A DNA stretch of 64,000 bases from Actinomycetota bacterium (GTDB lineage Bacteria; Actinomycetota; Acidimicrobiia; IMCC26256; PALSA-610). Under the pieces are notes generated by a model. That model searched no databases, was not told the origin of the DNA, and saw nothing but the letters and a program-made list of their open reading frames with translations. Below are positions 1 to 8,853 of this stretch, in pieces. The stretch lies in the NCBI GenBank assembly GCA_005773635.1, contig SXHN01000035.1, forward strand, positions 11,594 through 75,593. The letters are read 5' to 3'. Position numbers and translations under genes: made by a program. Within the stretch, counting starts at the first letter, position 1, and the number at the start of each line of letters is the position of its first letter.

Positions 1-1
1 C

Positions 2-148
2 CACGTTCGAGAAACCCGGGCGCTCATATCGGCATGCCAGTGCGACGATGGCTGCCCATCGTGCGTGCAATCGCCGAAATGCGGTAACTGGAACGAATAC
101 CTCAATAAACACGCGGCAATTCGCCTACTTGGCGTCATGCAGAGCTGA
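2..148 (+). CDS. DEAD/DEAH-box helicase, C-terminal tail only (DUF1998-type Cys cluster); the 5' part lies outside the window
   Basis: The frame from nt 2 reads HVRETRALISACQCDDGCPSCVQSPKCGNWNEYLNKHAAIRLLGVMQS, then TGA at 146-148. This CxC..GCPxC..PKCG tail is typical of the helicase that flanks actinobacterial Tad-like loci. It is absent from the ORF track because there is no start in the window. Confidence 0.7.
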   Translation, partial: HVRETRALISACQCDDGCPSCVQSPKCGNWNEYLNKHAAIRLLGVMQS

Positions 149-500
149 ACTCGACAACGGCACGGGCACGGGCGTAGACCACCGAGACTCCTACAACCCG
201 CACTGCTTCGGAAATGACCACAGTGGCTTCAAGGCCGTCGCACACACATCGCTCCAACTCTGCGCCGTTCAGACGAGCAATGACAGCAGCTGCATCAGTT
301 GCACCGGATCGGCCCAAACCTTGCGACAGTGCGGTAGCTGCAGCGAGTGCGGCGGCGTCGGCCACCGCACTCGCATGGGATCGTTTGGAAACCACAACGA
401 CACCTTGTGCTAGAGCAGCACAACACAGGGCACCCAACACCAACACCACCGACATCAGCACCGTGACTGAGCCCCGCGCCCTGCGTCGTGCTGTCACCAC
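135..500 (-). CDS. TadE-like pilus-assembly protein (helicase/secretion-neighbourhood type)
   Basis: 121 aa. A basic leader is followed by one hydrophobic helix (RRRARGSVTVLMSVVLVLGALCC). It is the last gene of the co-directional Tad-like operon and overlaps the upstream gene by 7 nt. Confidence 0.55.
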   Translation of the reverse strand: MVTARRRARGSVTVLMSVVLVLGALCCAALAQGVVVVSKRSHASAVADAAALAAATALSQGLGRSGATDAAAVIARLNGAELERCVCDGLEATVVISEAVRVVGVSVVYARARAVVEFSSA

Positions 501-862
501 TCGATGCGCATTGTGAGAGAACGCTGCATTGGAACGTCGGGCACCAGCAATCCAATGATGGGCAACGAGGTCTTCGCCACATGCCGAACGGTCGCTGTCA
601 TCGTTGGTCCATTGCGCTGCAAAGTCAATCCCGCTCCTGGCAGCTCACGGCGTACAGCCTCCATTGCATCCGCACCCGTCGAGTCGACAACCGCGGCTCG
701 TGCCGCTTCGCGAGTTGTATCAACGACGCGGATGTAGTCGCGGCCTATCACGAGCACCTGGAAAATAAGCAGCACCACGATCACTACCGCGGGCAATACC
801 AACGCAAACTCGACCGTTGCTTGACCATCTTGGCTTCGATCGTTGGCATGCGACGCGCTCAC
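494..862 (-). CDS. TadE family protein
   Basis: The TadE signature GQATVEFALVLPAVVIVVLLIFQ lies near the N-terminus. I chose the GTG at 862-860, which overlaps the TGA of the upstream Flp-like gene (GTGA). The longer 494-1069 ORF would overlap that gene in another frame. Confidence 0.6.
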   Translation of the reverse strand: MSASHANDRSQDGQATVEFALVLPAVVIVVLLIFQVLVIGRDYIRVVDTTREAARAAVVDSTGADAMEAVRRELPGAGLTLQRNGPTMTATVRHVAKTSLPIIGLLVPDVPMQRSLTMRIEW

Positions 863-1059
863 AGAATGCTCTTGGTCACAAAGCTCACTACCTTTCCGAA
901 AATCCCCGAAACCACTCCCGATTTGCTGAGAAACGAAATCAACAATCCGGCGAGAGCAGCAGCAGCAACAATCACGAGGGCATATTCGGCGGTGCTTTGA
1001 CCATCCTGATTGCGCCCGACTGCCTGCAATCGCGCCTGTACAAACCAAATCAACAACAT
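859..1059 (-). CDS. Flp/DUF4244-type small pilin-like protein
   Basis: 66 aa. It contains GQSTAEYALVIVAAAALAGLLISF, a Flp-like G/xTAEYA motif followed by a hydrophobic helix, and sits between the TadC-like and TadE genes. Confidence 0.55.
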   Translation of the reverse strand: MLLIWFVQARLQAVGRNQDGQSTAEYALVIVAAAALAGLLISFLSKSGVVSGIFGKVVSFVTKSIL

Positions 1060-1086
1060 GTGTACACATCCTTTATCTATCGACGG

Positions 1087-1737
1087 TTACATACCGTGCC
1101 ATCCGGCAACTAACGCTGGCACCACTGTGAGCAGTACAAACGCTGGAAGCACGCAGAGCACTAAGGGGAAGATCATTCGCACCGGAATGGTGCGAGCGTG
1201 CGCCGCGGCGGCACGCGCTTCACGCGTTCTCGCTTCGGCCGAGAGGCGCAGCAACGTCGGTTGCAGTGGAGTTCCGAGCGCCACCGCCATCGCCAAAACG
1301 CCGAACGCTTCGCACACCTCAGACGGCGACTGAGACGGATACATCAATGAATGACCCAGCGTGGCACCGAGGTCGGCGCGCCGAAGCACCGGCGTCAGAT
1401 GGACCTGTAGATTGGGATGAGCCCATTTCGCAGCGAGTTCCATCGACTGCAGCAACGATGCGCCAGATCCAATACCCACAGCGATGAGATCCAAGGCTGC
1501 CGGGAGCTCCGAACGCGCCACGCGCTCATCGTGACGCTCAATGCTGCGGCGCTTCATCGACGTGACTACCACCCAGGCATTCCTCACGAGCGGTACACGC
1601 GTCACGCGCGCTCCCGAGCGCCGACGTACGTGCTGGGCCGAACGAGTGGCATCTCTACGTTGCTGAGCGGTGATGATCTGCGCCGAGAACGCGAGCAAGG
1701 CCAAGCTCCAGCCCATTGACAGCATCGCGGCACTCAT
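1087..1737 (-). CDS. Type II secretion system F-family membrane protein (TadC-like)
   Basis: 216 aa multi-TM protein immediately downstream of the TadB-like gene, with a 4-nt overlap at 1734-1737. The function is assigned from its position in the Tad operon. Confidence 0.55.
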   Translation of the reverse strand: MSAAMLSMGWSLALLAFSAQIITAQQRRDATRSAQHVRRRSGARVTRVPLVRNAWVVVTSMKRRSIERHDERVARSELPAALDLIAVGIGSGASLLQSMELAAKWAHPNLQVHLTPVLRRADLGATLGHSLMYPSQSPSEVCEAFGVLAMAVALGTPLQPTLLRLSAEARTREARAAAAHARTIPVRMIFPLVLCVLPAFVLLTVVPALVAGWHGM

Positions 1738-2609
1738 GGCTGCAGATCACGCCCGATCAAGCGATGAATCCAACCCATCGCAATCACATCGAGTAGCGCG
1801 CCGATCGCGAAGCACGCGCGGCCGACCCCAGTATTGAACAGGACCCCCACACTTGACTGATCAATCACAGCCGCAAAGCCCAGATACCCAACTGGAGCAA
1901 GCATCACAACCCACGCCGACATGCGCGCCTGCGCGCTTTGCGCGCGCCGTTCGTGCTGCACGTCTATACGAGTCGCGAGCGATGCGGCAAGGCCATCGAG
2001 TGCACCGGCCGACGGCCCTCCCAACTCGTGGGCAAGTGTCATCGCCGCCGCAGCTGATCGAGCCGAGCCGATCGACGATTCGTCGACCCACGCCGCGCAA
2101 GCAGACTCCATCGATGCTCCCAACGTGAGTCGGCTTGTCAGCGTCTCCATGTCGTGAGCCAGCTGCGAAGAAGATCGCGCAACCGCGACGCAACCCGTCA
2201 CCACAGTTCCGCCCGCCCGCAGTTCCGCGGCCACGCAGCGCAACAGTTCCGGTACAGCATTGGCCCGAGCAATTGATCGCCGATTCCGACGAAACCAGAG
2301 CAAGCCGGGCCCGCCACCCAACGCGAAACCCCCGCAAACGATCAGATACGGCAGGCTCAGCAGCCAACCCAGGCCGATCAAACCGCTGGCACACAGCAGC
2401 CACGCCTGCACGGCCTCGCGCACCGAGATCGGCACCATCGCAGCCGTAATCCAACGATCGACCATTGCAACGAGCGGACCTCGAGCTCGTTGGGATGGCC
2501 GCAACTCGAGCGCTCGATCACGCGCGGCGACGACGTCGCCGCGCCGCCACGCGAGTACGGCAGCCGTGCTGAACACGACGGGAAGCCACACCGATCCAGT
2601 CGCCGTCAC
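1734..2609 (-). CDS. Type II secretion system F-family membrane protein (TadB-like)
   Basis: Multi-TM protein. The start is set at GTG 2609-2607, which overlaps the ATPase TGA (GTGA). The Arg/Cys-rich N-terminal 78 aa of the 369-aa ORF lie inside the ATPase gene and were discarded. Confidence 0.55.
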   Translation of the reverse strand: MTATGSVWLPVVFSTAAVLAWRRGDVVAARDRALELRPSQRARGPLVAMVDRWITAAMVPISVREAVQAWLLCASGLIGLGWLLSLPYLIVCGGFALGGGPGLLWFRRNRRSIARANAVPELLRCVAAELRAGGTVVTGCVAVARSSSQLAHDMETLTSRLTLGASMESACAAWVDESSIGSARSAAAAMTLAHELGGPSAGALDGLAASLATRIDVQHERRAQSAQARMSAWVVMLAPVGYLGFAAVIDQSSVGVLFNTGVGRACFAIGALLDVIAMGWIHRLIGRDLQP

Positions 2610-3709
2610 TGCACAACTCCCACGCCATCCGCACACGCCTGATGCCGCTCGCCGTCGCCGTGAACCAAGATCTGAACAACGCGACGAGCTCCGTCGGGAC
2701 GACGCTCGACATGCACCACAACCTCGATCGCAGCATCGATTTGGCGCCGTACCGCTTCGAGTGGAATCGACACGCCGCTCATCAGCGCAAGCGTTTCGAC
2801 TCGCGAACGGGCGTCGTACGCAGAATTCGCGTGCACGGTACACATCGAACCTCGGTGCCCGGTGTTCAATGCCTGCAACAGATCGAGAGCTTCTCCACCG
2901 CGCACTTCACCAACGACAATACGATCCGGTCGCATCCGCAACGCGGCGCGAACAAGGTCACGCACCGTCACTGCACCTGCGCCTTCACCATTGGCAGGGT
3001 GCCCTTCGAGGCGCACGAGATGCGGATGATCGACCCGTAGCTCGGCGGTTTCTTCAATCGTGATTATCCGCTCGGCCTGATTGACATCGCCAATGAGTGC
3101 ATTCAACAGCGTTGTCTTGCCTGCGTTCGTCGCTCCTGAAATCAACATGTTGCGACGACTCGCTATATGTTGCCGCAACTCTCGCGCGGTGTTCACGTCA
3201 TCACAGAATGCGTCCACCCCAATTGCCGTCGCCGCAAACCTTCTGATCGTGATGATCGGGCCGTCGGGCGCGAGCGGCGCCAACACGGCGTGCAACCGTG
3301 AGCCATCGGCCAGACGAGCGTCGACCATTGGCGAAGACCGATCGAGTCGCAATCCCAAGGGAGCAATGACTCGTTGGGCAATCGCCTCGATTGCTCGCGA
3401 CGACAACTCAATCGGCACCCGTTCCAACCTCCCGTTACGTTCCACATAACACCGCCCCGGACCATTGAGCATCACCTCGGAGACCTCGGGATCGTTCAGC
3501 AACGGCTCAATAGCGCCGAGACCAACTACTGCATCGAACAAATCAGTGATGACTTGCCGAGCTGAACCCGCATCGAGCAAAGGGTCGAATTCATGAACAA
3601 GAACGGCGATGCGCTCGCGCAACTCACCCGGTGCGATCGCGGTGAGCAGCCCAGCTTCGGCGAGCAACGCGTCGTGCACCAATCGTCGCAACGCCACGCG
3701 GTTCGTCAT
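2606..3709 (-). CDS. CpaF/TadA-family secretion ATPase
   Basis: 367 aa with Walker A GATNAGKTT, IITIEETAEL, and the VGEVRGGEALDLLQALNTGHRGSMCTVHANS block typical of VirB11/CpaF ATPases. Confidence 0.9.
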   Translation of the reverse strand: MTNRVALRRLVHDALLAEAGLLTAIAPGELRERIAVLVHEFDPLLDAGSARQVITDLFDAVVGLGAIEPLLNDPEVSEVMLNGPGRCYVERNGRLERVPIELSSRAIEAIAQRVIAPLGLRLDRSSPMVDARLADGSRLHAVLAPLAPDGPIITIRRFAATAIGVDAFCDDVNTARELRQHIASRRNMLISGATNAGKTTLLNALIGDVNQAERIITIEETAELRVDHPHLVRLEGHPANGEGAGAVTVRDLVRAALRMRPDRIVVGEVRGGEALDLLQALNTGHRGSMCTVHANSAYDARSRVETLALMSGVSIPLEAVRRQIDAAIEVVVHVERRPDGARRVVQILVHGDGERHQACADGVGVVQ

Positions 3710-4449
3710 GCCACGTTCTCATCGCGCATCGACAAACCCAAGCGGCGACACATCCGCGTGATTGGCACGAACACTGCGTGTGGCTCCCGTCGTAACAGCA
3801 CGCCGGCATCGACCGACCGTGCCACGTCGGGATCGATGTCAACCTCGCACAGCACCGGCCGACCCAATACCGACGAAACGTCGCGAACGCTCAGCGCACG
3901 ACCAGGCTCCGAGACGCACACGATTCCGGTGCTGCGTTCCACAAGATCAACCAGGGCCGAGGCGCGATGCAACGCGAGAAAGCACGGACGAATCACCATC
4001 AAAGCAAGGTCGGAGGCCCGCACTAACGAAGCAACCCCAGGCGCTGCGACGCATCCTGCATCGACCACATACAACGGCAAAGCGTGGCGAAGTGCACGCG
4101 CGACCACAGCACCGCGATCGGCACTGGCGTGGTCGAGGCTCGCCCGGCCTGCTGGAACCATCCGGAAACCCTCGTCGATCTCCACCGTCAGCGCGTCGAG
4201 CGCACCATCGCGCACCTCGACATCCGACTCGGCATCAAACAAAGCGCGGGCACCCAGACGAGCGCTCAGACGTACTCCACATACTGCCGGCTGATCCCCA
4301 GCGAGGTCGACCAAACGAACATCAGGATGGGCTTTGGCCACCACAGCAGCAACGACTGCAGCAACAACCGAGGTTCCCGAGCCGCCCTTCGGCGACCAAA
4401 TCGAAACCAACACAGAACACTTCCCAGCAACCGGCGCGAAGAACCACAC
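3706..4449 (-). CDS. CpaE-like / Ssd-type ParA-family protein of the helicase/secretion neighbourhood
   Basis: A deviant Walker A, VSIWSPKGGSGTSVVAAV, lies near the N-terminus. The gene overlaps the ATPase start by 4 nt. The start codon is uncertain. Confidence 0.6.
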   Translation of the reverse strand: MWFFAPVAGKCSVLVSIWSPKGGSGTSVVAAVVAAVVAKAHPDVRLVDLAGDQPAVCGVRLSARLGARALFDAESDVEVRDGALDALTVEIDEGFRMVPAGRASLDHASADRGAVVARALRHALPLYVVDAGCVAAPGVASLVRASDLALMVIRPCFLALHRASALVDLVERSTGIVCVSEPGRALSVRDVSSVLGRPVLCEVDIDPDVARSVDAGVLLRREPHAVFVPITRMCRRLGLSMRDENVA

Positions 4450-4566
4450 GCGAATGAACTGGGGAAGTTCAGGGGAAGATGAATCAAGCTACGCCAGACG
4501 TGACCGACCCGTCAAGCCGACGCAAAAGAATGCGGCGCCGGAAACACCGACGCCGCATCTTCTAAC

Positions 4567-4588
4567 ACAAAAATTCGCTTCAGCGAAT
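4567..4588 (-). terminator. Intrinsic terminator after the 25-aa peptide gene
   Basis: On the minus strand the sequence reads ATTCGC-TGAA-GCGAAT followed by TTTTTG. The 6-bp stem plus U-tract begins at the stop codon. Confidence 0.5.
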
Positions 4589-4665
4589 CAGGCCTCGCGT
4601 ACCTTTTTGGCAACGAGAGCACCGAGTGCCGCAAGCACTACCAAAATCAAAAGCTTTTTCACCAT
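4588..4665 (-). CDS. 25-aa hydrophobic peptide (MVKKLLILVVLAALGALVAKKVREA)
   Basis: ATG is preceded by AGGAGG with a 7-nt spacer, the product is a single TM-like helix, and a terminator hairpin follows. It is below the size cut-off of the ORF track. Confidence 0.45.
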   Translation of the reverse strand: MVKKLLILVVLAALGALVAKKVREA

Positions 4666-4757
4666 AAGGCAACCTCCTACTCCACGGGCTGGACAACCGC
4701 AATGTAGCCCGTCTCGCTCATGGGCGCTCGCTCACAGCATCAACTAAGTTCAGCGAT

Positions 4758-4848
4758 GGAGGTGCAAGGGGTCTGGTGGCCCCCCTTGTCTTCAACACAA
4801 GTGTGACGGGTACACCCCGTCGGGTGGGTTCGATTCCTGCCACCTCCG
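4758..4848 (+). tRNA. selC: tRNA-Sec (anticodon UCA)
   Basis: The acceptor GGAGGTG pairs with CACCTCC. The D stem is 6 bp (GGGGTC/GGCCCC) with a 4-nt loop TGGT. The anticodon arm is CTTGT-CTTCAAC-ACAAG, with TCA at 4792-4794. The variable arm has a 6-bp stem (GACGGG/CCCGTC) and the T loop is TTCGATT. selA and selB are in the same window. CCA is not encoded. Confidence 0.85.
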
Positions 4849-4870
4849 CTTGTCAATGGCGACTGCTTCG

Positions 4871-5587
4871 CTAGCCGAGGCCGCGGTTGTCTTGTTTGAG
4901 CGCAGTGTCGACACAGAGTGCTGCGGCCACAACGAGGCTGCAAAGAGGGTCGGCGAGCGGCGCGTGAATTTGCAGCACGTAGTTGTCCGCCGTGGTGAAC
5001 ATCGTCTTGGCCAAGCCCTCCCAAGTCTTGGAAATACGCGCGATTTCGGCGCCGTTCGCGTCTTGTACGTTGAAATTCCACGCCCGCCAGTTCTCCGCGT
5101 TGATGGCACCGACTTTTTGGCCACCCGCTTCCAACGAGAAGTGAATTTTTCCAAACACGTTGTCTTGGGTCACCATGCCCACGTTGGTACCGTCGGGTCG
5201 GTCGATCGAAAATTTCGACTTCATGAGCTTTGCGGGACGGGTCAGCGTGAGCACCGCATTGCCGCCAGCATCACGAATCTCGTATCGGTGCGTGAGGAAT
5301 TGATCGATGCTCAGCAGCGCCCGAGCCACCTTTTTCACCTTCGATTGGCCAACCTGGCACACCGATCCGATCTGGAGGCCAGCTTGGTCGTAGACCTTGT
5401 ATTCATTGGTCAATTCAATGATCTTGGCTTTTTGGTTGACCACCAAGATCGGTTCCGTAAATAGCGTGCCCCCGCCACCGGCCACCGGCGCAACCCCGGC
5501 CTGGCTTCGTACCTGATCTTGCGCCTTTTCGGCTTCGGTGTTGCCCTGAGGTTTCGAAAATCGGCTCGGCGTTTGGTCATCGGTCAT
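4871..5587 (-). CDS. Scramblase/LURP-one-like family protein
   Basis: 238 aa. A low-complexity N-terminus is followed by repeated beta-strand blocks (YKVYDQAG..IGSV, YEIRDAGGNAVLTLTR, FSIDRPDG, WNFNVQDANGAEIARISK), typical of bacterial scramblase-like proteins. Confidence 0.6.
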   Translation of the reverse strand: MTDDQTPSRFSKPQGNTEAEKAQDQVRSQAGVAPVAGGGGTLFTEPILVVNQKAKIIELTNEYKVYDQAGLQIGSVCQVGQSKVKKVARALLSIDQFLTHRYEIRDAGGNAVLTLTRPAKLMKSKFSIDRPDGTNVGMVTQDNVFGKIHFSLEAGGQKVGAINAENWRAWNFNVQDANGAEIARISKTWEGLAKTMFTTADNYVLQIHAPLADPLCSLVVAAALCVDTALKQDNRGLG

Positions 5588-5656
5588 AGCAATGTTCTCC
5601 TACGAAATTGGGTGCGTGTATCTTCGCAGATCCGACTGCCCCAGCGCGACGCAGCG

Positions 5657-7093
5657 CTATCCGAAGTACATGAAATATCCACGGCCGCTCTCGCCGCCCA
5701 GTTCCGCGAACGTGCCTTCAGTAAGGGTCGTCCCGGTACCACCCCATACAAACAGCGAACGTCCGATTACGGCGTTCATCGTTTGACGTAACGGGCTGGG
5801 CAGCGCCGACAGCGACACGATGCTCCCCGACGAATCAATCTTGACCGTCGCGCGGTCTCCCCACACGTACACAACTCCAGAATCATCGACCAACGCGCCG
5901 TCTACCCGCATCGACTTCTTGGTCTTCGATAACGCATTCGCGACCGCAGCGGCAAGCGTCGGTGCTGTCTGTGGCACTGACGCTTGCGGTTTGGCGCCCG
6001 ATGCAATCGTCGTTGAAGTTGCTGTAGCAGCCGCCTCTCTGAACAACGAAGTGGCGCGATTCGAAAGGGGCTGCCGTACGTATCCTTCCATTTTGGAGCG
6101 GAACGACACCGCGGATGAGTCAAGGGAGTCCCTCGCATCGGCCGCCGTATACGCAAACCGTAAGTGGTCTCCATCGAGGACCACAGCGCGACTTGCAATC
6201 GTCGAGCCCGCGATTGGAATTCTGGTCCATCTCGGAATCAACGCCGCCGTCGTGGAGAAGCGGTGCTGCTCGTAATCGGATCTGATCTCGGAACACATCG
6301 TTTCGGCATTCGCTCCTCGCAAGTTGCACGTGAGCTGCGCGATACGGCCAGTGTCGATCGGTTGGTGGTTGTGAATTACCGAACCCGCAGTAACCGCCTC
6401 GGGGCCGGAGTCGGCAGGCTCAGCCGCCGAGTTTCGAACGAAACGGGCCACCCGGTCGCTGACTGCAGTGACTGTGTGGTTCGCGGAAGCCGCACAATCG
6501 AATGAATCGACCGTGGCCTTCGTGAGATCCAGGCTCAGACCATACGTGCCGAAATCCCGACACACCATTGACATCCCAGTGCTCGAATTCACGTGCGCGT
6601 ACTGCACCGTCACCGATTCACCGCGCGCTGACTTATTTTTGAAGACTTGCAGCACCGCGCTGTCGTAAGTATCAGCACGATCGCACATCCAGCCAGCTGG
6701 CGCCAGCACGGTGGTGGAACCATCGCTATACAACTCAAAGCCCCTGGGCACCGGTGTAGAACCACCGCGCCCAACGACGTCGGCACGGTCGGTACCAGCA
6801 CAGCGCGTCACTGCGACCGCCACGGGAATTGTCGGTTGCGCCGACGACGCTTGTTGATCGTTGCGGGACGACAAATTGACATCAATCCGTGAAACCAACA
6901 CACCAACCGATGCCACACACATCGCCGCAGCAACAACCTTCGCGGCTTTCGGACCTCGCCGTCGACGTCGTTCGACCCGGCGGTGCAACTCGGGAGGAAT
7001 CGAGTGCTCACGACCGCGCGAGCCCGCGGACCGCACCACCTCAGAAAGTTCACCTGCCAACGAGCTTTCAAGATCGTCAGTCATCTTCGCCAT
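5657..7093 (-). CDS. Putative anti-sigma factor / membrane-anchored extracytoplasmic protein
   Basis: 478 aa. A cytoplasmic N-terminus and an Arg-rich stretch (RRVERRRRRGPKAAK) precede one TM helix and a large external domain. The start overlaps the ECF sigma stop by 17 nt. Confidence 0.45.
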   Translation of the reverse strand: MAKMTDDLESSLAGELSEVVRSAGSRGREHSIPPELHRRVERRRRRGPKAAKVVAAAMCVASVGVLVSRIDVNLSSRNDQQASSAQPTIPVAVAVTRCAGTDRADVVGRGGSTPVPRGFELYSDGSTTVLAPAGWMCDRADTYDSAVLQVFKNKSARGESVTVQYAHVNSSTGMSMVCRDFGTYGLSLDLTKATVDSFDCAASANHTVTAVSDRVARFVRNSAAEPADSGPEAVTAGSVIHNHQPIDTGRIAQLTCNLRGANAETMCSEIRSDYEQHRFSTTAALIPRWTRIPIAGSTIASRAVVLDGDHLRFAYTAADARDSLDSSAVSFRSKMEGYVRQPLSNRATSLFREAAATATSTTIASGAKPQASVPQTAPTLAAAVANALSKTKKSMRVDGALVDDSGVVYVWGDRATVKIDSSGSIVSLSALPSPLRQTMNAVIGRSLFVWGGTGTTLTEGTFAELGGESGRGYFMYFG

Positions 7094-7577
7094 CCGTTTC
7101 CAACAGCGTTCGTAGCTGTTCCAAGCCTCGAGCCACCGTCGATTTCACTGTGCCAACTGGGCACCGAAGGGTCCGCGCGGTCTCGCGTTCACTCATGTCG
7201 AGGTAATACCTGCACACGATCGCCGATCGTTGCTTGTCGCTGAGTTGTAGCAGCGCATCCCAAATCACGAACCGGCCGGTGGCAATTTCGGCCTCATCGG
7301 GCGTCGGGCGCGCCGCGGCAGCCAAGGTTCGCTCATCATGACGGCGCACCACCTGCACATGTCGGCCGTGAGATCGCACTCCGTTCACCACAGACCGCAG
7401 CAGGTACGCCCTGAAGGCTTGCGGGTCTCGTAGCTGCCGCAATCGGCCCGCGACCCTCAGAAACGCGTCCTGCGCTAAATCCTCGGCAAGTTCGGCGCTT
7501 CCCGTGAGGGCATAAGCAAGCCCACGAGCATCGGCGAAATGTTCGCGGTAGAGGTCGTCGACGGTTGGCGGCATCAT
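7077..7577 (-). CDS. ECF-type RNA polymerase sigma-70 family factor
   Basis: Region 2 (LYREHFADARGLAYALTGSAELAEDLAQDAFLRV) and a region 4 HTH (ERETARTLRCPVGTVKSTVARGLEQL) are present. The start is taken at the MM pair (7577); the ORF extends to 7640. Confidence 0.8.
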   Translation of the reverse strand: MMPPTVDDLYREHFADARGLAYALTGSAELAEDLAQDAFLRVAGRLRQLRDPQAFRAYLLRSVVNGVRSHGRHVQVVRRHDERTLAAAARPTPDEAEIATGRFVIWDALLQLSDKQRSAIVCRYYLDMSERETARTLRCPVGTVKSTVARGLEQLRTLLETDGEDD

Positions 7578-7736
7578 CGCAACAACCGACTCCAGATCCT
7601 GTACAACGACAACCTGCACCACCCCAACAGGACGCCCCACCAGTCGAAAAAGTTCCGGCTACCCCGCAAACCACGAATCCCCCGGGTGCTTCACCATTCA
7701 GCGCCAAGGGGACAGGTGGTTGAGTGGGTCACGACG

Positions 7737-8672
7737 TTAGACAGCGAGAAGGTCGCGGGCTCCCGTGTCGGCCGAAGGGTGCCGCAGTTTCGACATCGCC
7801 CGGGCTTCGATTTGACGAATCCGCTCGCGGGTGAGGTTGAAGTACTCCCCGACCTCCTCCAGAGTGCGGGGCTCGCCGCGATCGAGGCCGAAGCGCAATT
7901 TCAAGATGTCTCGTTCGCGGGGATCAAGCGGCGACAACAGCTTGTCGATCTCGCCGGGGAGCAGCGCAGATGCTGCCATCTCAAAGGGCGACTCTGCGGA
8001 TGGGTCTTGCACGACATCGCCAAGTTCCGCGTCGCCGTCTTCGCGCAAGGGTTCGCTGAGCGACAACGGCTCGGAGGCAAAACGCAGCGCCTCCGAGACC
8101 TTGTCTTCAGGCATCTCGCATTCGATCGCCAATTCCGCAATGGTGGCTGGGCGACCCATCTTGAGTTCCAAGCGGCTCCGAGCCTTTTGGAGCCGGGAAA
8201 GCGTGTCGCCCGCATGAACTGGAAGACGGATCGTGCGGCCGGTATTGGCGATTCCGCGAGTAATCGCCTGACGAATCCACCAGGTCGCGTACGTCGAGAA
8301 CTTGAAACCTTTGCGCCAATCGAATTTTTCGACCGCGTGCATCAGCCCAAGATTGCCTTCTTGAATCAAGTCGAGTAGTGGCAATCCGGAAGCCTGATAC
8401 TTCTTGGCGATCGAAACCACGAGGCGCAGGTTCGACTGCACAAACGTGCGCTCGGCAGTTTCACCCTCTCGGGCCACCCGGCGAAGCTCGCGTTTGCGCG
8501 CTGGCGTCGCATTTGGCGTTGCGGCCAATTCGTCACGCGCGGCGACTCCCGTTTCGATTAGCTGAGCAAGGCGTACCTCATCGTCCTTAGTGAGCAACTT
8601 GTACTGCCCGATGTCCGTGAGATACAAACGAACGAGGTCTTCTTCTTCACGGTCGACGCCTACTTTGGCCAA
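7737..8672 (-). CDS. Group 1/2 sigma-70 factor (SigB-like, lacks a long region 1.1)
   Basis: 311 aa with LIQEGNLGLMHAVEKFDWRKGFKFSTYATWWIRQAITR (region 2) and EEVGEYFNLTRERIRQIEARAMSKLRH (region 4.2). Confidence 0.9.
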   Translation of the reverse strand: MAKVGVDREEEDLVRLYLTDIGQYKLLTKDDEVRLAQLIETGVAARDELAATPNATPARKRELRRVAREGETAERTFVQSNLRLVVSIAKKYQASGLPLLDLIQEGNLGLMHAVEKFDWRKGFKFSTYATWWIRQAITRGIANTGRTIRLPVHAGDTLSRLQKARSRLELKMGRPATIAELAIECEMPEDKVSEALRFASEPLSLSEPLREDGDAELGDVVQDPSAESPFEMAASALLPGEIDKLLSPLDPRERDILKLRFGLDRGEPRTLEEVGEYFNLTRERIRQIEARAMSKLRHPSADTGARDLLAV

Positions 8673-8853
8673 TGCGAGATCCTTCTTCGTACTCGGTAAC
8701 GACGTGGACCCTTGGGCTCCCAGCTCTCCGTTTCCGGAGATCCCCTAGGCCATCTGGCTCTTGTACGATACGGATGCTGTCAAGAGGGCACCAAAGTCTT
8801 CTCCTGAGGTCACCGTTTCGACGAAAAACTATTGGAATTACAGGTTTGTACTT

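Noticed and set aside
2610-2843. N-terminal 78 aa of the 369-aa ORF 1734-2843
   Set aside because: The extension is Arg/Cys/Ser-rich and lies entirely inside the well-supported ATPase gene in another frame. A GTG at 2609 gives the usual GTGA coupling.
4758-4848. tmRNA 3' end or an ordinary tRNA-Ser/Leu with a long variable arm
   Set aside because: A complete cloverleaf is present, with a UCA anticodon flanked by U33/A37 and a 6-bp D stem with a 4-nt loop. These are Sec-specific features. No tag-ORF or pseudoknot region is adjacent.
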